NCBI RefSeq assembly: GCF_039583805.1 | Contig: NZ_JAVKSH010000002.1 | Location: 1 to 60,592, forward strand | DNA length: 60,592 nucleotides | From: Mycobacterium sp. | GTDB lineage: Bacteria; Actinomycetota; Actinomycetes; Mycobacteriales; Mycobacteriaceae | Reading direction: 5' to 3' | Shown here: positions 9,263-19,469 of the stretch, piece after piece | Layout: every line of letters begins with the position of its first letter | Numbering within the stretch: the first letter of the stretch is position 1 | Translations under genes and position numbers: made by a program | The notes under the pieces: model-generated | The model's database searches: none | What the model saw: the letters and a program-made list of their open reading frames with translations, nothing else | Told to the model about the DNA's origin: nothing

Positions 9263-10166
9263 ATGGGTATACGCCGTCGTGGTCACCCATCGGCGTCACG
9301 ACGAACTGGCGAAGTCGCTTGATGTGCTGACCACGCAGAGCAGGCTGCCGGATCACCTGATCGTTGTCGACAACGGGCATGACGATCCGGTCAGAGATCT
9401 GGTGGCCGGCCAACCCATCCCGACGACGTACCTGGGCTCGCGCCGAAACCTGGGCGGCGCAGGCGGTTTCGCGCTCGGCATCCTGCATGCACTGGCGTGC
9501 GGCGCCGACTGGGTGTGGCTGGCCGACGACGACGGCCACCCCGCCGACACCGGCCTGCTGGCCACGTTGCTGGCCTGCGCCGACAAGCACCGGCTGGCGG
9601 AGGTCTCGCCGATGGTGTGCGACATGGCCAACCCGGCCCGGCTGGCGTTCCCGCTGCGCCGCGGGCTGGTCTGGCGCCGGCTGGTCAGCGAACTGCGGGT
9701 TGAGCCCGGCCAGGATCTGCTGAGCGGCATCGCGTCGCTGTTCAACGGCGCGCTGTTCGCCGCGTCGACGTTCGAGGCGATCGGCGTGCCGGACCTGCGG
9801 CTGTTCGTCCGCGGCGACGAGGTGGAGATGCACCGCCGGCTGGTCCGCTCCGGCCTGCCCTTCGGAACCTGCCTGGACGCGGTCTACCTGCATCCGTGCG
9901 GTTCCGACGAATTCAAACCGATACTGGGCGGGCGGATGCACGCCCAGTATCCGGAAAGCGCTGCTAAACGTTTCTATACCTACCGCAACCGCGGCTACCT
10001 GCTGTCGCAGCCGGGCCTGCGCGCGCTGTCGGTGCAGGAATGGCTGCGGTTCGGGTGGTTCTTCCTGGTGTCGCGCCGCGACCCCGCCGGGCTGCTGGCG
10101 TGGATCCGGTTGCGGCGGTTGGGCCGTCGCGAGCGGTTCAGCCGGCCCGAGGAGAGGCCGCTATGA
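9255..10166 (+). CDS. glfT1: Galactofuranosyltransferase GlfT1
   Basis: GT2 motifs VVDNG, NLGGAGG, WLADDD, RGDEVE; synteny with Rv3782. Confidence 0.93.
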   Translation: MTEWVYAVVVTHRRHDELAKSLDVLTTQSRLPDHLIVVDNGHDDPVRDLVAGQPIPTTYLGSRRNLGGAGGFALGILHALACGADWVWLADDDGHPADTGLLATLLACADKHRLAEVSPMVCDMANPARLAFPLRRGLVWRRLVSELRVEPGQDLLSGIASLFNGALFAASTFEAIGVPDLRLFVRGDEVEMHRRLVRSGLPFGTCLDAVYLHPCGSDEFKPILGGRMHAQYPESAAKRFYTYRNRGYLLSQPGLRALSVQEWLRFGWFFLVSRRDPAGLLAWIRLRRLGRRERFSRPEERPL

Positions 10167-11002
10167 CACTCGTCGCGGCGACCGGCGAATCGAGCGAATC
10201 CAAGACCCTCACCCGAGCCCGGCGCGATCTCGTCGACGGCTTCCGGCGTCACGAGCTGTGGCTGCACCTGGGCTGGCAAGACATCAAGCAGCGGTACCGC
10301 CGCAGCGTGCTGGGACCGTTCTGGATCACCATCGCCACCGGAACAACCGCGGTCGCCATGGGCGGCCTGTACTCCAAACTGTTCCACCTCGAACTCGCCG
10401 AGCATCTGCCCTACGTCACGCTCGGGCTGATCGTCTGGAACCTGATCAACGCCGCCATCATGGAGGGCGCCGACGTGTTCGTCGCCAACGAAGGTCTGAT
10501 CACGCAGTTGCCGGCACCGCTGAGCCTGCACGTCTACCGGCTGGTGTGGCGCCAGATGATCCTGTTCGCCCACAACATCGTCATCTATCTCGTCATCGCG
10601 GCGGTTTACCCCAAACCGTGGTCGTGGGCCGACCTTTCGGTGATCCCGGCGCTCGGGCTGATCGTCGTCAACGCGGTGTGGGTGTCGCTGTGCTTCGGAA
10701 TCCTGGCCACCCGCTACCGCGACATCGGTCCGCTGCTGTTCTCGGTGGTCCAGCTGCTGTTCTTCATGACGCCGATCATCTGGAACGACGAGACGCTGCA
10801 CGCCGAGGGAGCAGAGCGGTGGAGCGACATCGTCGAGCTCAACCCGCTGCTGCACTACCTCGACATCGTGCGGGCGCCGCTGCTGGGCGCTCACCAGGAG
10901 CTGCGGCACTGGCTGGTGGTGCTGGTGCTGACCGTGATCGGGTGGGTGCTGGCGGCATTCGCGATGCGCCAGTACCGTGCCCGGGTGCCGTACTGGGTGT
11001 AG
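10163..11002 (+). CDS. wzm: Galactan export ABC-2 permease (RfbD/Wzm)
   Basis: DIKQRYRRSVLGPFW, ATRYRD, FFMTPIIW, NPL motifs. Confidence 0.93.
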   Translation: MTLVAATGESSESKTLTRARRDLVDGFRRHELWLHLGWQDIKQRYRRSVLGPFWITIATGTTAVAMGGLYSKLFHLELAEHLPYVTLGLIVWNLINAAIMEGADVFVANEGLITQLPAPLSLHVYRLVWRQMILFAHNIVIYLVIAAVYPKPWSWADLSVIPALGLIVVNAVWVSLCFGILATRYRDIGPLLFSVVQLLFFMTPIIWNDETLHAEGAERWSDIVELNPLLHYLDIVRAPLLGAHQELRHWLVVLVLTVIGWVLAAFAMRQYRARVPYWV

Positions 11003-11121
11003 CCGGCGACGAAAAACCCCACCGGGATACGCCGCACATGAATAATTGGCGGGCGACAACCAGACAATCGAGGCGCCCCCGGCATGGCAATCCCCGCTGC
11101 GCCCTGAGGACAGGTGCGAAG

Positions 11122-11595
11122 GTGAGCGAATCAACCGGGCGAGCGGATGCGGCCCGAGACCGGATCGCCGCGGAGCTGGCCCGGCTGCGCGAACGGCGCG
11201 ATCGTCTGGAGCTAGAGGTACGAAACGACCGCGGCAACGTCAGCGACCACGCCGACGCCGCCGACGCCATCCAGCGCGCCGACGAACTGGCCGGCCTCGA
11301 CGAGCGGATCGCCGAGCTCGACCGGCTGCTGCGGGCTGGGCCGTCGCCGTCGAACGGCGACATGCTGCCCGGCGGCACCGAGGTCACGCTGCGGTTCACC
11401 GACGGCTCGGTGGTCACCATGCTGGTGATTTCCATCGTCGAAGAGACACCGGCCGGAGGTGAGGCCGAAACGCTGACCGCCGGCAGCCCGTTGGGGCGTG
11501 CCCTTGCCGGACGGCGACCCGGCGACACCGTCACCTACACGACGCCGCGAGGGGAAAGTCAGGTCGAACTGCTCGACGTGAAGTACCCGGCCTAG
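11122..11595 (+). CDS. GreA/GreB-like RNA polymerase secondary-channel factor (Rv3788-like)
   Basis: Coiled coil with DHADAAD acidic tip; [19 protein letters not shown]-domain. Confidence 0.85.
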   Translation: MSESTGRADAARDRIAAELARLRERRDRLELEVRNDRGNVSDHADAADAIQRADELAGLDERIAELDRLLRAGPSPSNGDMLPGGTEVTLRFTDGSVVTMLVISIVEETPAGGEAETLTAGSPLGRALAGRRPGDTVTYTTPRGESQVELLDVKYPA

Positions 11596-11630
11596 CGGCG
11601 CCGGTTCGCCCGGACCGTAGACTGCCCGCG

Positions 11631-12044
11631 ATGGCAGAACTCGCCCCGCCGCGCGCACAGCTGAGATTGACGACCCAGGTGTGGCGGTTCGTCGTCGCCG
11701 GCGGGTTCTCCGCGATCGTCGACTTCGGCTTGTATCTGCTGCTGCACGCGGCGGGCCTGCCGTGGGATGCGGCCAAGGCGAGCAGCTGGTTCGCCGGCAC
11801 CGTCACCGCATACCTGATCAACCGGCGGTGGACGTTTCAGGCGGCGCCGAGCACCACCCGATTCGCCGCGGTCATGGCGCTCTACGGCGTCACCTTCTCG
11901 GCGCAGGTCGGAATCAACCATCTGTGTCTTCACCTGTTCGAGTTCCGGGCGTGGGCGATACCGGCCGCATTCGTGATCGCGCAGGGCACCGCCACCGTGA
12001 TCAACTTCATCGTGCAGCGCTCCGTGATCTTCCGGCTGCGCTGA
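11631..12044 (+). CDS. GtrA family membrane protein (Rv3789-like)
   Basis: RFVVAG, NRRWTF, NFIVQR motifs; directly upstream of dprE1. Confidence 0.9.
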   Translation: MAELAPPRAQLRLTTQVWRFVVAGGFSAIVDFGLYLLLHAAGLPWDAAKASSWFAGTVTAYLINRRWTFQAAPSTTRFAAVMALYGVTFSAQVGINHLCLHLFEFRAWAIPAAFVIAQGTATVINFIVQRSVIFRLR

Positions 12045-12077
12045 ACAGGCCCGCGCAGGCGGTACCCTCGTTCCCTG

Positions 12078-13460
12078 ATGATTTCCTCCCTTTCCACGAC
12101 GCTTCCCACGACCAGCAAGCGGCTGACCGGCTTTGCGCGCACTGCGCCGTCGGTGGCGCAGGTGCTGTCCACGCCGGACCCCGAGGTGATCGCGAAGGCG
12201 GTTGCGTGCGCCGGAGACAGAGGCGTGATCGCCCGCGGCCTGGGCCGCTCCTACGGCGACAACGCCCAGAACGGTGGCGGGCTGGTGATCGACATGACGG
12301 CGTGCAACCGCATCCACTCGATTAGCGCCGACACCGGGTTGGCCTACGTCGACGCCGGCGTCAGCCTCGACCAGCTGATGCAGGCCGCGTTGCCGTTCGG
12401 GCTGTGGGTGCCGGTTCTGCCGGGCACCCGGCAGGTCACCGTCGGCGGTGCGATCGCCTGCGACATCCACGGCAAGAACCACCACAGCGCGGGCAGCTTC
12501 GGCAATCACGTCGCCTCCATGGACCTACTGACGGCCGACGGCGCCGTGCGCACCCTCACCCCCGACGGAGACGACGCCGAGCTGTTCTGGGCCACCGTCG
12601 GCGGCAACGGGCTCACCGGCATCGTGCTGCGTGCGACCATCGCGATGACGCCGACGGAGACGGCGTATTTCATTGCCGACGGCATTGCGACCAGGGGCCT
12701 CGACGAGACGGTCGCCGTTCACCTCGACGGCAGCGAGGACAACTACACCTACTCCGCCGCCTGGTTCGACCTGATCAGCCCGCCGCCGAAACTCGGCCGG
12801 GCCGCGGTCAGCCGGGGCAGTTTGGCGACGCTGGATCAGTTGCCGAAGAAGCTCGCCAAGAACCCGCTGAAATTCGTTGCGCCGCAATTGCCCGCAGTGC
12901 CCAACGTCTTCCCGATCGGCGTGATGAACAAACTGACAGGGAGCATGGTCGGTGAGGCCTTCTACCGGATGAGCGGGAACTACCAGAGCAAGATCGTCAA
13001 CTTGACGCAGTTCTATCACATGCTGGACTTGACGACCGGATGGCAATACGCCTATGGCCCTGCGGGTTTCGCTCAATACCAGTTCTTGGTGCCACCGAAT
13101 GCGATGGCGGAGCTCAAGGGCATCATCGGATGGATTCACACCAAGGGCCACTACTCGTTCCTTAACGTGTTCAAGCTTTTCGGGCCCGGCAACCGCGCAC
13201 CGCTCAGTTTCCCGATGGCCGGGTGGAACGTCGCGATGGACTTCCCCAACAAGCCCGGCGTCAACGAGTTCCTCAGCGAACTCGACGCCCGGGTAATGGA
13301 ATTCGGCGGTCGCGTCTACACCGCCAAGGACTCTCGCGTGAGCGCCGACACCTTCCACGCCATGTACCCGCGCATCGACGAGTGGATCGCGTTGCGCCGC
13401 AAGGTCGATCCGACCGGGGTCTTCGCCTCGGACATGGCCCGACGGTTGGAGTTGCTGTAA
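12078..13460 (+). CDS. dprE1: Decaprenylphosphoryl-beta-D-ribose oxidase
   Basis: [47 protein letters not shown]; exact start uncertain. Confidence 0.97.
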   Translation: MISSLSTTLPTTSKRLTGFARTAPSVAQVLSTPDPEVIAKAVACAGDRGVIARGLGRSYGDNAQNGGGLVIDMTACNRIHSISADTGLAYVDAGVSLDQLMQAALPFGLWVPVLPGTRQVTVGGAIACDIHGKNHHSAGSFGNHVASMDLLTADGAVRTLTPDGDDAELFWATVGGNGLTGIVLRATIAMTPTETAYFIADGIATRGLDETVAVHLDGSEDNYTYSAAWFDLISPPPKLGRAAVSRGSLATLDQLPKKLAKNPLKFVAPQLPAVPNVFPIGVMNKLTGSMVGEAFYRMSGNYQSKIVNLTQFYHMLDLTTGWQYAYGPAGFAQYQFLVPPNAMAELKGIIGWIHTKGHYSFLNVFKLFGPGNRAPLSFPMAGWNVAMDFPNKPGVNEFLSELDARVMEFGGRVYTAKDSRVSADTFHAMYPRIDEWIALRRKVDPTGVFASDMARRLELL

Positions 13461-14225
13461 ATGGTGCTGGACGCCGTGGGAAATCCGCAGACCATACTGC
13501 TGCTCGGCGGCACCTCCGAGATCGGCCTGGCGATCTGTGAGCGTTACCTGCAGAACGCGCGCGCGCGGATCGTGCTGGCGTGCCTGCCCGACGACCCGGG
13601 CCGCGACGACGCGGTGACCCAGATGACGGCCGCGGGTGCGCGGTCGGTGGAGCTGATCGACTTCGACGCCGTCGACACCGACAGTCATCCGCAGATGATC
13701 GATGCCGCTTTTTCAGGCGGTGACGTCGACGTGGCCATTGTGGCGTTCGGCCTGCTCGGCGACGCCGAGGAACTCTGGCAGAACCAGCGCAAAGCCGTGC
13801 AGATCGCCGAAGTCAACTACACGGCAGCCGTGTCGGTGGGTGTGCTGCTGGGTGAGAAGATGCGCGCCCAGGGCTTCGGCCAGATCATCGCGATGAGCAC
13901 AGTCGCCGGCGAGCGGGTGCGGCGGTCCAACTTCGTCTACGGCTCCACCAAAGCCGGCCTGGACGGCTTCTACCTTGGACTGTCAGAGGCGCTGCGCGAG
14001 TACGGGGTTCACGTGCTGGTGATCCGCCCTGGCCAGGTGCGGACCCGGATGAGCGCGCACATCAAGGAAGCCCCCCTCACCGTTGACAAAGAGTACGTCG
14101 CCAACCTCGCGGTCACAGCGGCGGCGAAAGGTAAGGAATTGGTTTGGGCACCAGCAGCATTTCGCTACGTGATGATGGTGTTACGGCACGTTCCCCGGCC
14201 GGTCTTTCGCAGGCTTCCTATCTGA
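13461..14225 (+). CDS. dprE2: Decaprenylphosphoryl-2-keto-ribose reductase
   Basis: SDR with LLGGTSEIG and YGSTK; abuts dprE1. Confidence 0.97.
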   Translation: MVLDAVGNPQTILLLGGTSEIGLAICERYLQNARARIVLACLPDDPGRDDAVTQMTAAGARSVELIDFDAVDTDSHPQMIDAAFSGGDVDVAIVAFGLLGDAEELWQNQRKAVQIAEVNYTAAVSVGVLLGEKMRAQGFGQIIAMSTVAGERVRRSNFVYGSTKAGLDGFYLGLSEALREYGVHVLVIRPGQVRTRMSAHIKEAPLTVDKEYVANLAVTAAAKGKELVWAPAAFRYVMMVLRHVPRPVFRRLPI

Positions 14226-14227
14226 GC

Positions 14228-16207
14228 ATGCGCAACGCGCTGGACAGCATCCGCCAGATGGTGCTCGCCGCGGCCGTTGCCGTCGTGGTGGCGACCGTCT
14301 CGCTGCGGGCCATTTCTCGGGTGCAGTGGCCGGCTTACCCGTCGTCGAACCAGCTGCACGCGCTGACCACAGTCGGCCAGGTCGGGTGCATCGCGGGGCT
14401 GATCGGTTGCGGCTGGTTGTCCAGAAGCGGCGGGGCGCGGTTCCGGCGACCCCTGGCCCGGCTCGGCGCCGTGCTGTTCATGTCCGCTTTCACCGTGGTG
14501 ACACTGGGCATGCCGCTGGGCGCCACCAAGCTCTACCTGTTCGGCATCTCCGTCGACCAGCAGTTCCGCACCGAATACCTGACCCGGCTCACCGACAGCC
14601 CCACGCTGCACGACATGACCTACATCGGGCTGCCGCCGTTCTATCCGCCCGGCTGGTTCTGGCTCGGCGGGCGCGCCGCCGCGCTGACCGGCACACCGGC
14701 CTGGGAGATGTACAAGCCGTGGGCGATCACCTCGATCACGGTCGCGGTCGCGGTCGCGCTGGTGCTGTGGTGGCGGATGGTCCGCTTCGAGTACGCGCTG
14801 ATCGTCACCATCGCGACGGCCGCGGTCACGCTGGCCTATGGTTCCCCGGAGCCCTACGCCGCGATGATCACCGTGCTGCTGCCGCCGGTGCTTGTCCTGA
14901 CCTGGTCGGGGCTGCGGGCCGGCTCCCGCCGCCCCGCCGAGCGTGAAGCTAGCTTCGCGCCAGGCGGCGAACGTGAAGCTAGTTTCACGCTCGGCGGGGC
15001 CAGGGCCGGCGGCTGGGCTGCGGTGGCCGGCGCCGGGATTTTCCTGGGCTTCGCCGCCACCTTCTACACGCTGCTGTTCGGCTTCACCGCCTTCACCATC
15101 GCGCTGATGGCCGTGCTGGTGGCCGCGTCACGCCGGCGGCACGGCGTCAACGCGGCACTCGACCCGATGCTGCGGCTGGCCGTCATCGGGGTGATCGCGG
15201 GGTCGATCGGTACGACCACCTGGCTGCCGTTCCTGCTGCGCGCCGCGCACGACCCGGTAAGCAACACCGGCAGCGCGGCACACTACCTGCCGGCCGACGG
15301 CGCGGTGCTGACCTTCCCGATGCTGCAGTTCACCCTGCTGGGTGCGCTGTGCATGCTCGGCACGCTGTGGCTGGTGGTACGCGCCCGCACCTCGGTGCGG
15401 GCGGGCGCGCTGGCGATCGGGGTGGTGGCGATGTACCTGTGGTCGCTGCTGTCGATGCTCACGACGCTGGCCCGCAGCACGCTGCTGTCGTTTCGGCTGC
15501 AGCCGACGCTGACCGTGCTGCTAGCCGCTGCCGGCGTGTTCGGCTTCGTCGAGGCCACCGTCGCACTGGCCGCGCGCGCACAGCAGCCCGCCTGGAGACG
15601 ACGCGTGGTGCCGGTGGCCGGCGCGGTCGGGCTGGCCGGGGCCATCGGCTTCAGCCAGGACATCCCCGAGGTGCTGCGGCCGGACCTCGCGATCGCCTAC
15701 ACCGACACCGACGGGTTCGGCCACCGCGGCGACCGCCGCCCACCCGGCGCGGAGAAATACTACCCGGCCATCGACGCCACCATCGCCGCGGTGACCGGCA
15801 CGCCGCGTGACCGCACCGTTGTGCTGACCGCCGACTACAGCTTCCTGTCCTACTACCCGTACTGGGGATTCCAGGGTCTGACCGCGCACTACGCCAACCC
15901 GTTGGCGCAGTTCGACAAGCGGGCCGCCGCCATCAAGAGTTGGTCCACGCTCACCACCGCCGACCAGTTCGTGCGCGCCCTGGACGCCCTGCCGTGGCAG
16001 CCGCCGACGGTGTTCCTGATGCGCCGCGGCGGTGGTCCCGGGTCGGCCGGCGTCTACACGCTGCGGCTGGCCGAGGACGTCTATCCCAACCAGCCCAACG
16101 TCCGGCGCTACACCGTCGACCTCAAGGCCGCGTTGTTCGCCGATCCGCGCTTCACCGTCACGACGACCGGCCCGTTCGTGCTGGCCATCCGCACACCGGG
16201 CGACTGA
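14228..16207 (+). CDS. aftA: Priming arabinofuranosyltransferase
   Basis: [27 protein letters not shown]; synteny with Rv3792. Confidence 0.95.
   Translation: MRNALDSIRQMVLAAAVAVVVATVSLRAISRVQWPAYPSSNQLHALTTVGQVGCIAGLIGCGWLSRSGGARFRRPLARLGAVLFMSAFTVVTLGMPLGATKLYLFGISVDQQFRTEYLTRLTDSPTLHDMTYIGLPPFYPPGWFWLGGRAAALTGTPAWEMYKPWAITSITVAVAVALVLWWRMVRFEYALIVTIATAAVTLAYGSPEPYAAMITVLLPPVLVLTWSGLRAGSRRPAEREASFAPGGEREASFTLGGARAGGWAAVAGAGIFLGFAATFYTLLFGFTAFTIALMAVLVAASRRRHGVNAALDPMLRLAVIGVIAGSIGTTTWLPFLLRAAHDPVSNTGSAAHYLPADGAVLTFPMLQFTLLGALCMLGTLWLVVRARTSVRAGALAIGVVAMYLWSLLSMLTTLARSTLLSFRLQPTLTVLLAAAGVFGFVEATVALAARAQQPAWRRRVVPVAGAVGLAGAIGFSQDIPEVLRPDLAIAYTDTDGFGHRGDRRPPGAEKYYPAIDATIAAVTGTPRDRTVVLTADYSFLSYYPYWGFQGLTAHYANPLAQFDKRAAAIKSWSTLTTADQFVRALDALPWQPPTVFLMRRGGGPGSAGVYTLRLAEDVYPNQPNVRRYTVDLKAALFADPRFTVTTTGPFVLAIRTPGD
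14931..15000. repeat. REP-like 70-nt hairpin in frame within aftA
   Basis: 29-bp arms (14931-14959 and 14972-15000), 27/29 Watson-Crick with two G-T pairs; encodes [23 protein letters not shown]. Confidence 0.85.
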
Positions 16208-19200
16208 TGGCGACCAAAACCGCCCGGGCCGGGCAACTAGCATCTAGCTCCGTGAACGACGGCCGAGCAAACCATCGGACCGCCCGGGTCGTCGCCGTCG
16301 TCGCCGGTCTGCTGGGCGCGCTGCTGGCGATCGCCACCCCGGTACTGCCGGTCAAGCAAACCACCGCGCAGCTGAACTGGCCGCAGAACGGCGTCCTCGG
16401 CAGTGTCGAGGCGCCGCTGATCGGCTACGTGGCCACCGATCTCAGCATCACCGTGCCCTGCCAGACGGCGGCGGGCCTCACGAAGTCGACATCGGTGCTG
16501 CTGTCCACGGTGCCCAAGCAGGCGCCGAAGGCCGTCGACCGCGGCCTGCTCATCGAACGCGCCAACGACGACCTGCTGGTCATCGTGCGCAACACCCCGG
16601 TGGTGGTGGCCCCGCTGCGCCAGGTGCTATCGCCGGACTGCCAGCGCCTGGTCTTCACCGCGCACGCCGACAAGGTCACCGGCGAATTCGTCGGACTCAA
16701 AAAGGGGCTCAACGCCGATCACCCCGGGGAGGCGCTGCGCGGCGAGCGGAGTGGCTACGACTTCCGGCCGCAGATCGTGGGGGTGTTCACCGACCTCGAC
16801 GGTCCCGCCCCGGCCGGTCTGGAATTCTCCGCGACCGTCGACACCCGCTACAGCAGCGCCCCGTCGGCGCTGAAGCTGACCGCCATGATCCTCGGGGTCG
16901 CGCTGACGCTCGTCGCGCTGATCGCCCTGCACGTCCTGGACACCGCCCTGCAAACTGCCGGGACTGCCAGGCACCGCCGCTTCCTGCCCCCGCGCTGGTG
17001 GTCGATCTCCGGTCTGGACGCTCTGGTCACCGCGGTGCTGGTGTGGTGGCATTTCGTCGGCGCCAACACCTCCGATGACGGCTACATCCTGACCATGGCC
17101 CGGGTGTCCGAGCGCGCCGGCTACATGGCCAACTACTACCGCTGGTTCGGCACCCCCGAGGCCCCGTTCGGCTGGTACTACGACCTGCTGGCGCTGTGGG
17201 CGCACGTCAGCACCGCGAGCATCTGGATGCGGCTGCCCACCCTGCTGATGGCGCTGACGTGCTGGTGGTTGATCAGCCGGGAGGTGATACCCCGGCTCGG
17301 CCACGCCGTCAAGCAAAGCCGCGCGGCAGCATGGACGGCGGCCGGCATGTTCCTGGCGTTCTGGCTGCCGCTGAACAACGGGCTGCGGCCGGAGCCGATC
17401 ATCGCGCTGGGCATCCTGCTCACCTGGTGTTCGGTGGAACGCGCGGTGGCCACCAGCCGGCTGCTGCCGGTCGCGGCCGCCTGCATCATCGGGGCGCTGA
17501 CACTGTTCTCCGGGCCGACCGGGATTGCGTCGATCGGTGCGGTGCTGGTGGCGATCGGTCCGCTGCGGACCATCGTGGCGCGCCGCTCCGAACAGTTCGG
17601 GGTGCTGCCGCTGCTGGCACCCATCCTGGCTGCGGTCACCGTCACCGCGATCCTGATCTTCCGCGACCAGACGTTGGCCGGCGAGATGCAGGCCACCAGG
17701 CTCAAACGTGTTGTCGGGCCCAGCCTGAGCTGGTTCGACGAGCACCTGCGCTACGAGCGGCTGTTCATGGCCAGCCCGGACGGCTCGGTGGCCCGCCGCT
17801 TCGCGGTGCTGGCGCTGCTGGTCGCGTTGGCGGTGGCGGTGGCAATGTCGCTGCGCAAGGGCCGGATTCCGGGCACCGCCGCCGGCCCGAGCCGGCGCAT
17901 CATCGGCATCACGATCATCTCGTTCCTGGCGATGATGTTCACCCCGACCAAGTGGACACATCACTTCGGGGTGTTCGCCGGGCTGGCCGGATCGCTGGGC
18001 GCGCTGGCCGCCGTCGCGGTGACGGCGGCGGCCATGCGTTCGCACCGCAACCGCACCATGTTCACCGCGCTGGTGCTGTTCGTGGTGGCGCTGTCGTTCG
18101 CCAGCGTCAACGGCTGGTGGTACGTCTCGAATTTCGGGGTGCCCTGGTCGAACGCGTTCCCGGAGTGGCACTTCGGGTTCACCACCATGCTGCTCGGGCT
18201 GACGGTGCTGGCGCTGCTGGCGGCGGCGTGGTTCCACTTCGCCAACGACACCTCGCGGCCGCGGCCGCCTTCGCGCTTGCAGCGAATCGTGCAGTCCCCG
18301 TTGGGTATTGCGGCCTGGGCTCTGGTCTTCTTCGAAGTGCTGTCGTTGACGCTGGGCATGACCGAGCAGTATCCGGCATGGTCGGTGGGGCGCTCTAACC
18401 TGCAAGCTTTTCCAGTTTTGGGGACCGGCAGGACCTGCGGGCTGGCCGACGACGTGCTGGTCGAACAGGATCCCAATGCCGGCATGCTCACACCGATCGG
18501 GGTGCCGGTAGCGGAGGCGCTGGGCGGTGCCTTCTCGGAAGGGTTCGGCCCCAACGGCATTCCGGCGAGCGTCTCCGCCGACCCGGTGATGGAACGTCCC
18601 GGCGACCGTAGCTTCCTCAACGACGACGGGATGGTCACCGGCAGCGAAGCGGGCACCGAAGGCGGCACCACCACTGCGCCGGGGATCAACGGCTCGCGCG
18701 CACGTCTGCCCTACGACCTCGACCCGGCGCGCACCCCGGTGCTGGGCAGTTGGCGCCCCGGGGTGCAGGTACCCGCCCGGCTGCGCTCGGCGTGGTATCG
18801 GCTGCCGCCGCGGGACGAGGCCGGGCCGCTGTTGGTGGTATCGGCAGCGGGCCGATTCAATCCCGGCGAGGTGCAGTTCCAGTGGGCCGGTGACGATGGA
18901 AAGCCATCTGGCCCAATGGGATTCGTGGATGTCGGCGCGGCACCGGCATGGCGGAACCTGCGGGCGCCGCTGGACGCGATCCCGCGCGGCGCCACCCGGG
19001 TGCGGGTGATCGCCACCGACGACGACCTCGCCCCGCAGCACTGGATCGCGGTGACCCCGCCCCGGATTCCACGGCTGCGCACGCTGCAGCAGGTGGTCGG
19101 CTCAACCGACCCGGTGCTGCTGGACTGGCTGGTCGGGCTGGCCTTCCCGTGCCAACGTCCGTTCAGCCACCAAAACGGCGTCATCGAGGCGCCGAAGTGG

Positions 19201-19455
19201 CGGATCCTGCCGGACCGATTCGGTGCCGAGGCTAACTCGCCGGTGATGGACAACAACGGCGGCGGCCCGCTGGGCATCACCGAGCTGCTGGACCGCGCAA
19301 CGACCGTGCCGACCTACCTCAAGGACGACTGGTTCCGCGACTGGGGCGCCCTGCAGCAACTGACGCCGTACTACCCGGATGCGACGCCGGCCCGGCTTGT
19401 CCTCGGGTCGGTCACCCGCAGCGGACTGTGGAGCCCGGCTCCGCTACGGCATTAG
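16207..19455 (+). CDS. embC: Arabinosyltransferase EmbC
   Basis: NTSDDGYILTMAR, PTKWTHHFG, WSPAPLR; ATG overlaps the aftA stop. Confidence 0.96.
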   Translation: MATKTARAGQLASSSVNDGRANHRTARVVAVVAGLLGALLAIATPVLPVKQTTAQLNWPQNGVLGSVEAPLIGYVATDLSITVPCQTAAGLTKSTSVLLSTVPKQAPKAVDRGLLIERANDDLLVIVRNTPVVVAPLRQVLSPDCQRLVFTAHADKVTGEFVGLKKGLNADHPGEALRGERSGYDFRPQIVGVFTDLDGPAPAGLEFSATVDTRYSSAPSALKLTAMILGVALTLVALIALHVLDTALQTAGTARHRRFLPPRWWSISGLDALVTAVLVWWHFVGANTSDDGYILTMARVSERAGYMANYYRWFGTPEAPFGWYYDLLALWAHVSTASIWMRLPTLLMALTCWWLISREVIPRLGHAVKQSRAAAWTAAGMFLAFWLPLNNGLRPEPIIALGILLTWCSVERAVATSRLLPVAAACIIGALTLFSGPTGIASIGAVLVAIGPLRTIVARRSEQFGVLPLLAPILAAVTVTAILIFRDQTLAGEMQATRLKRVVGPSLSWFDEHLRYERLFMASPDGSVARRFAVLALLVALAVAVAMSLRKGRIPGTAAGPSRRIIGITIISFLAMMFTPTKWTHHFGVFAGLAGSLGALAAVAVTAAAMRSHRNRTMFTALVLFVVALSFASVNGWWYVSNFGVPWSNAFPEWHFGFTTMLLGLTVLALLAAAWFHFANDTSRPRPPSRLQRIVQSPLGIAAWALVFFEVLSLTLGMTEQYPAWSVGRSNLQAFPVLGTGRTCGLADDVLVEQDPNAGMLTPIGVPVAEALGGAFSEGFGPNGIPASVSADPVMERPGDRSFLNDDGMVTGSEAGTEGGTTTAPGINGSRARLPYDLDPARTPVLGSWRPGVQVPARLRSAWYRLPPRDEAGPLLVVSAAGRFNPGEVQFQWAGDDGKPSGPMGFVDVGAAPAWRNLRAPLDAIPRGATRVRVIATDDDLAPQHWIAVTPPRIPRLRTLQQVVGSTDPVLLDWLVGLAFPCQRPFSHQNGVIEAPKWRILPDRFGAEANSPVMDNNGGGPLGITELLDRATTVPTYLKDDWFRDWGALQQLTPYYPDATPARLVLGSVTRSGLWSPAPLRH

Positions 19456-19469
19456 CCGCACCGGCGTCG

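Noticed and set aside
16627-19041. Very long antisense or alternate-frame ORFs (also 23985-26288, 38228-40735, 43897-46101 and others)
   Set aside because: Shadow ORFs expected from high-GC codon bias; they overlap well-identified genes and have no family motifs.
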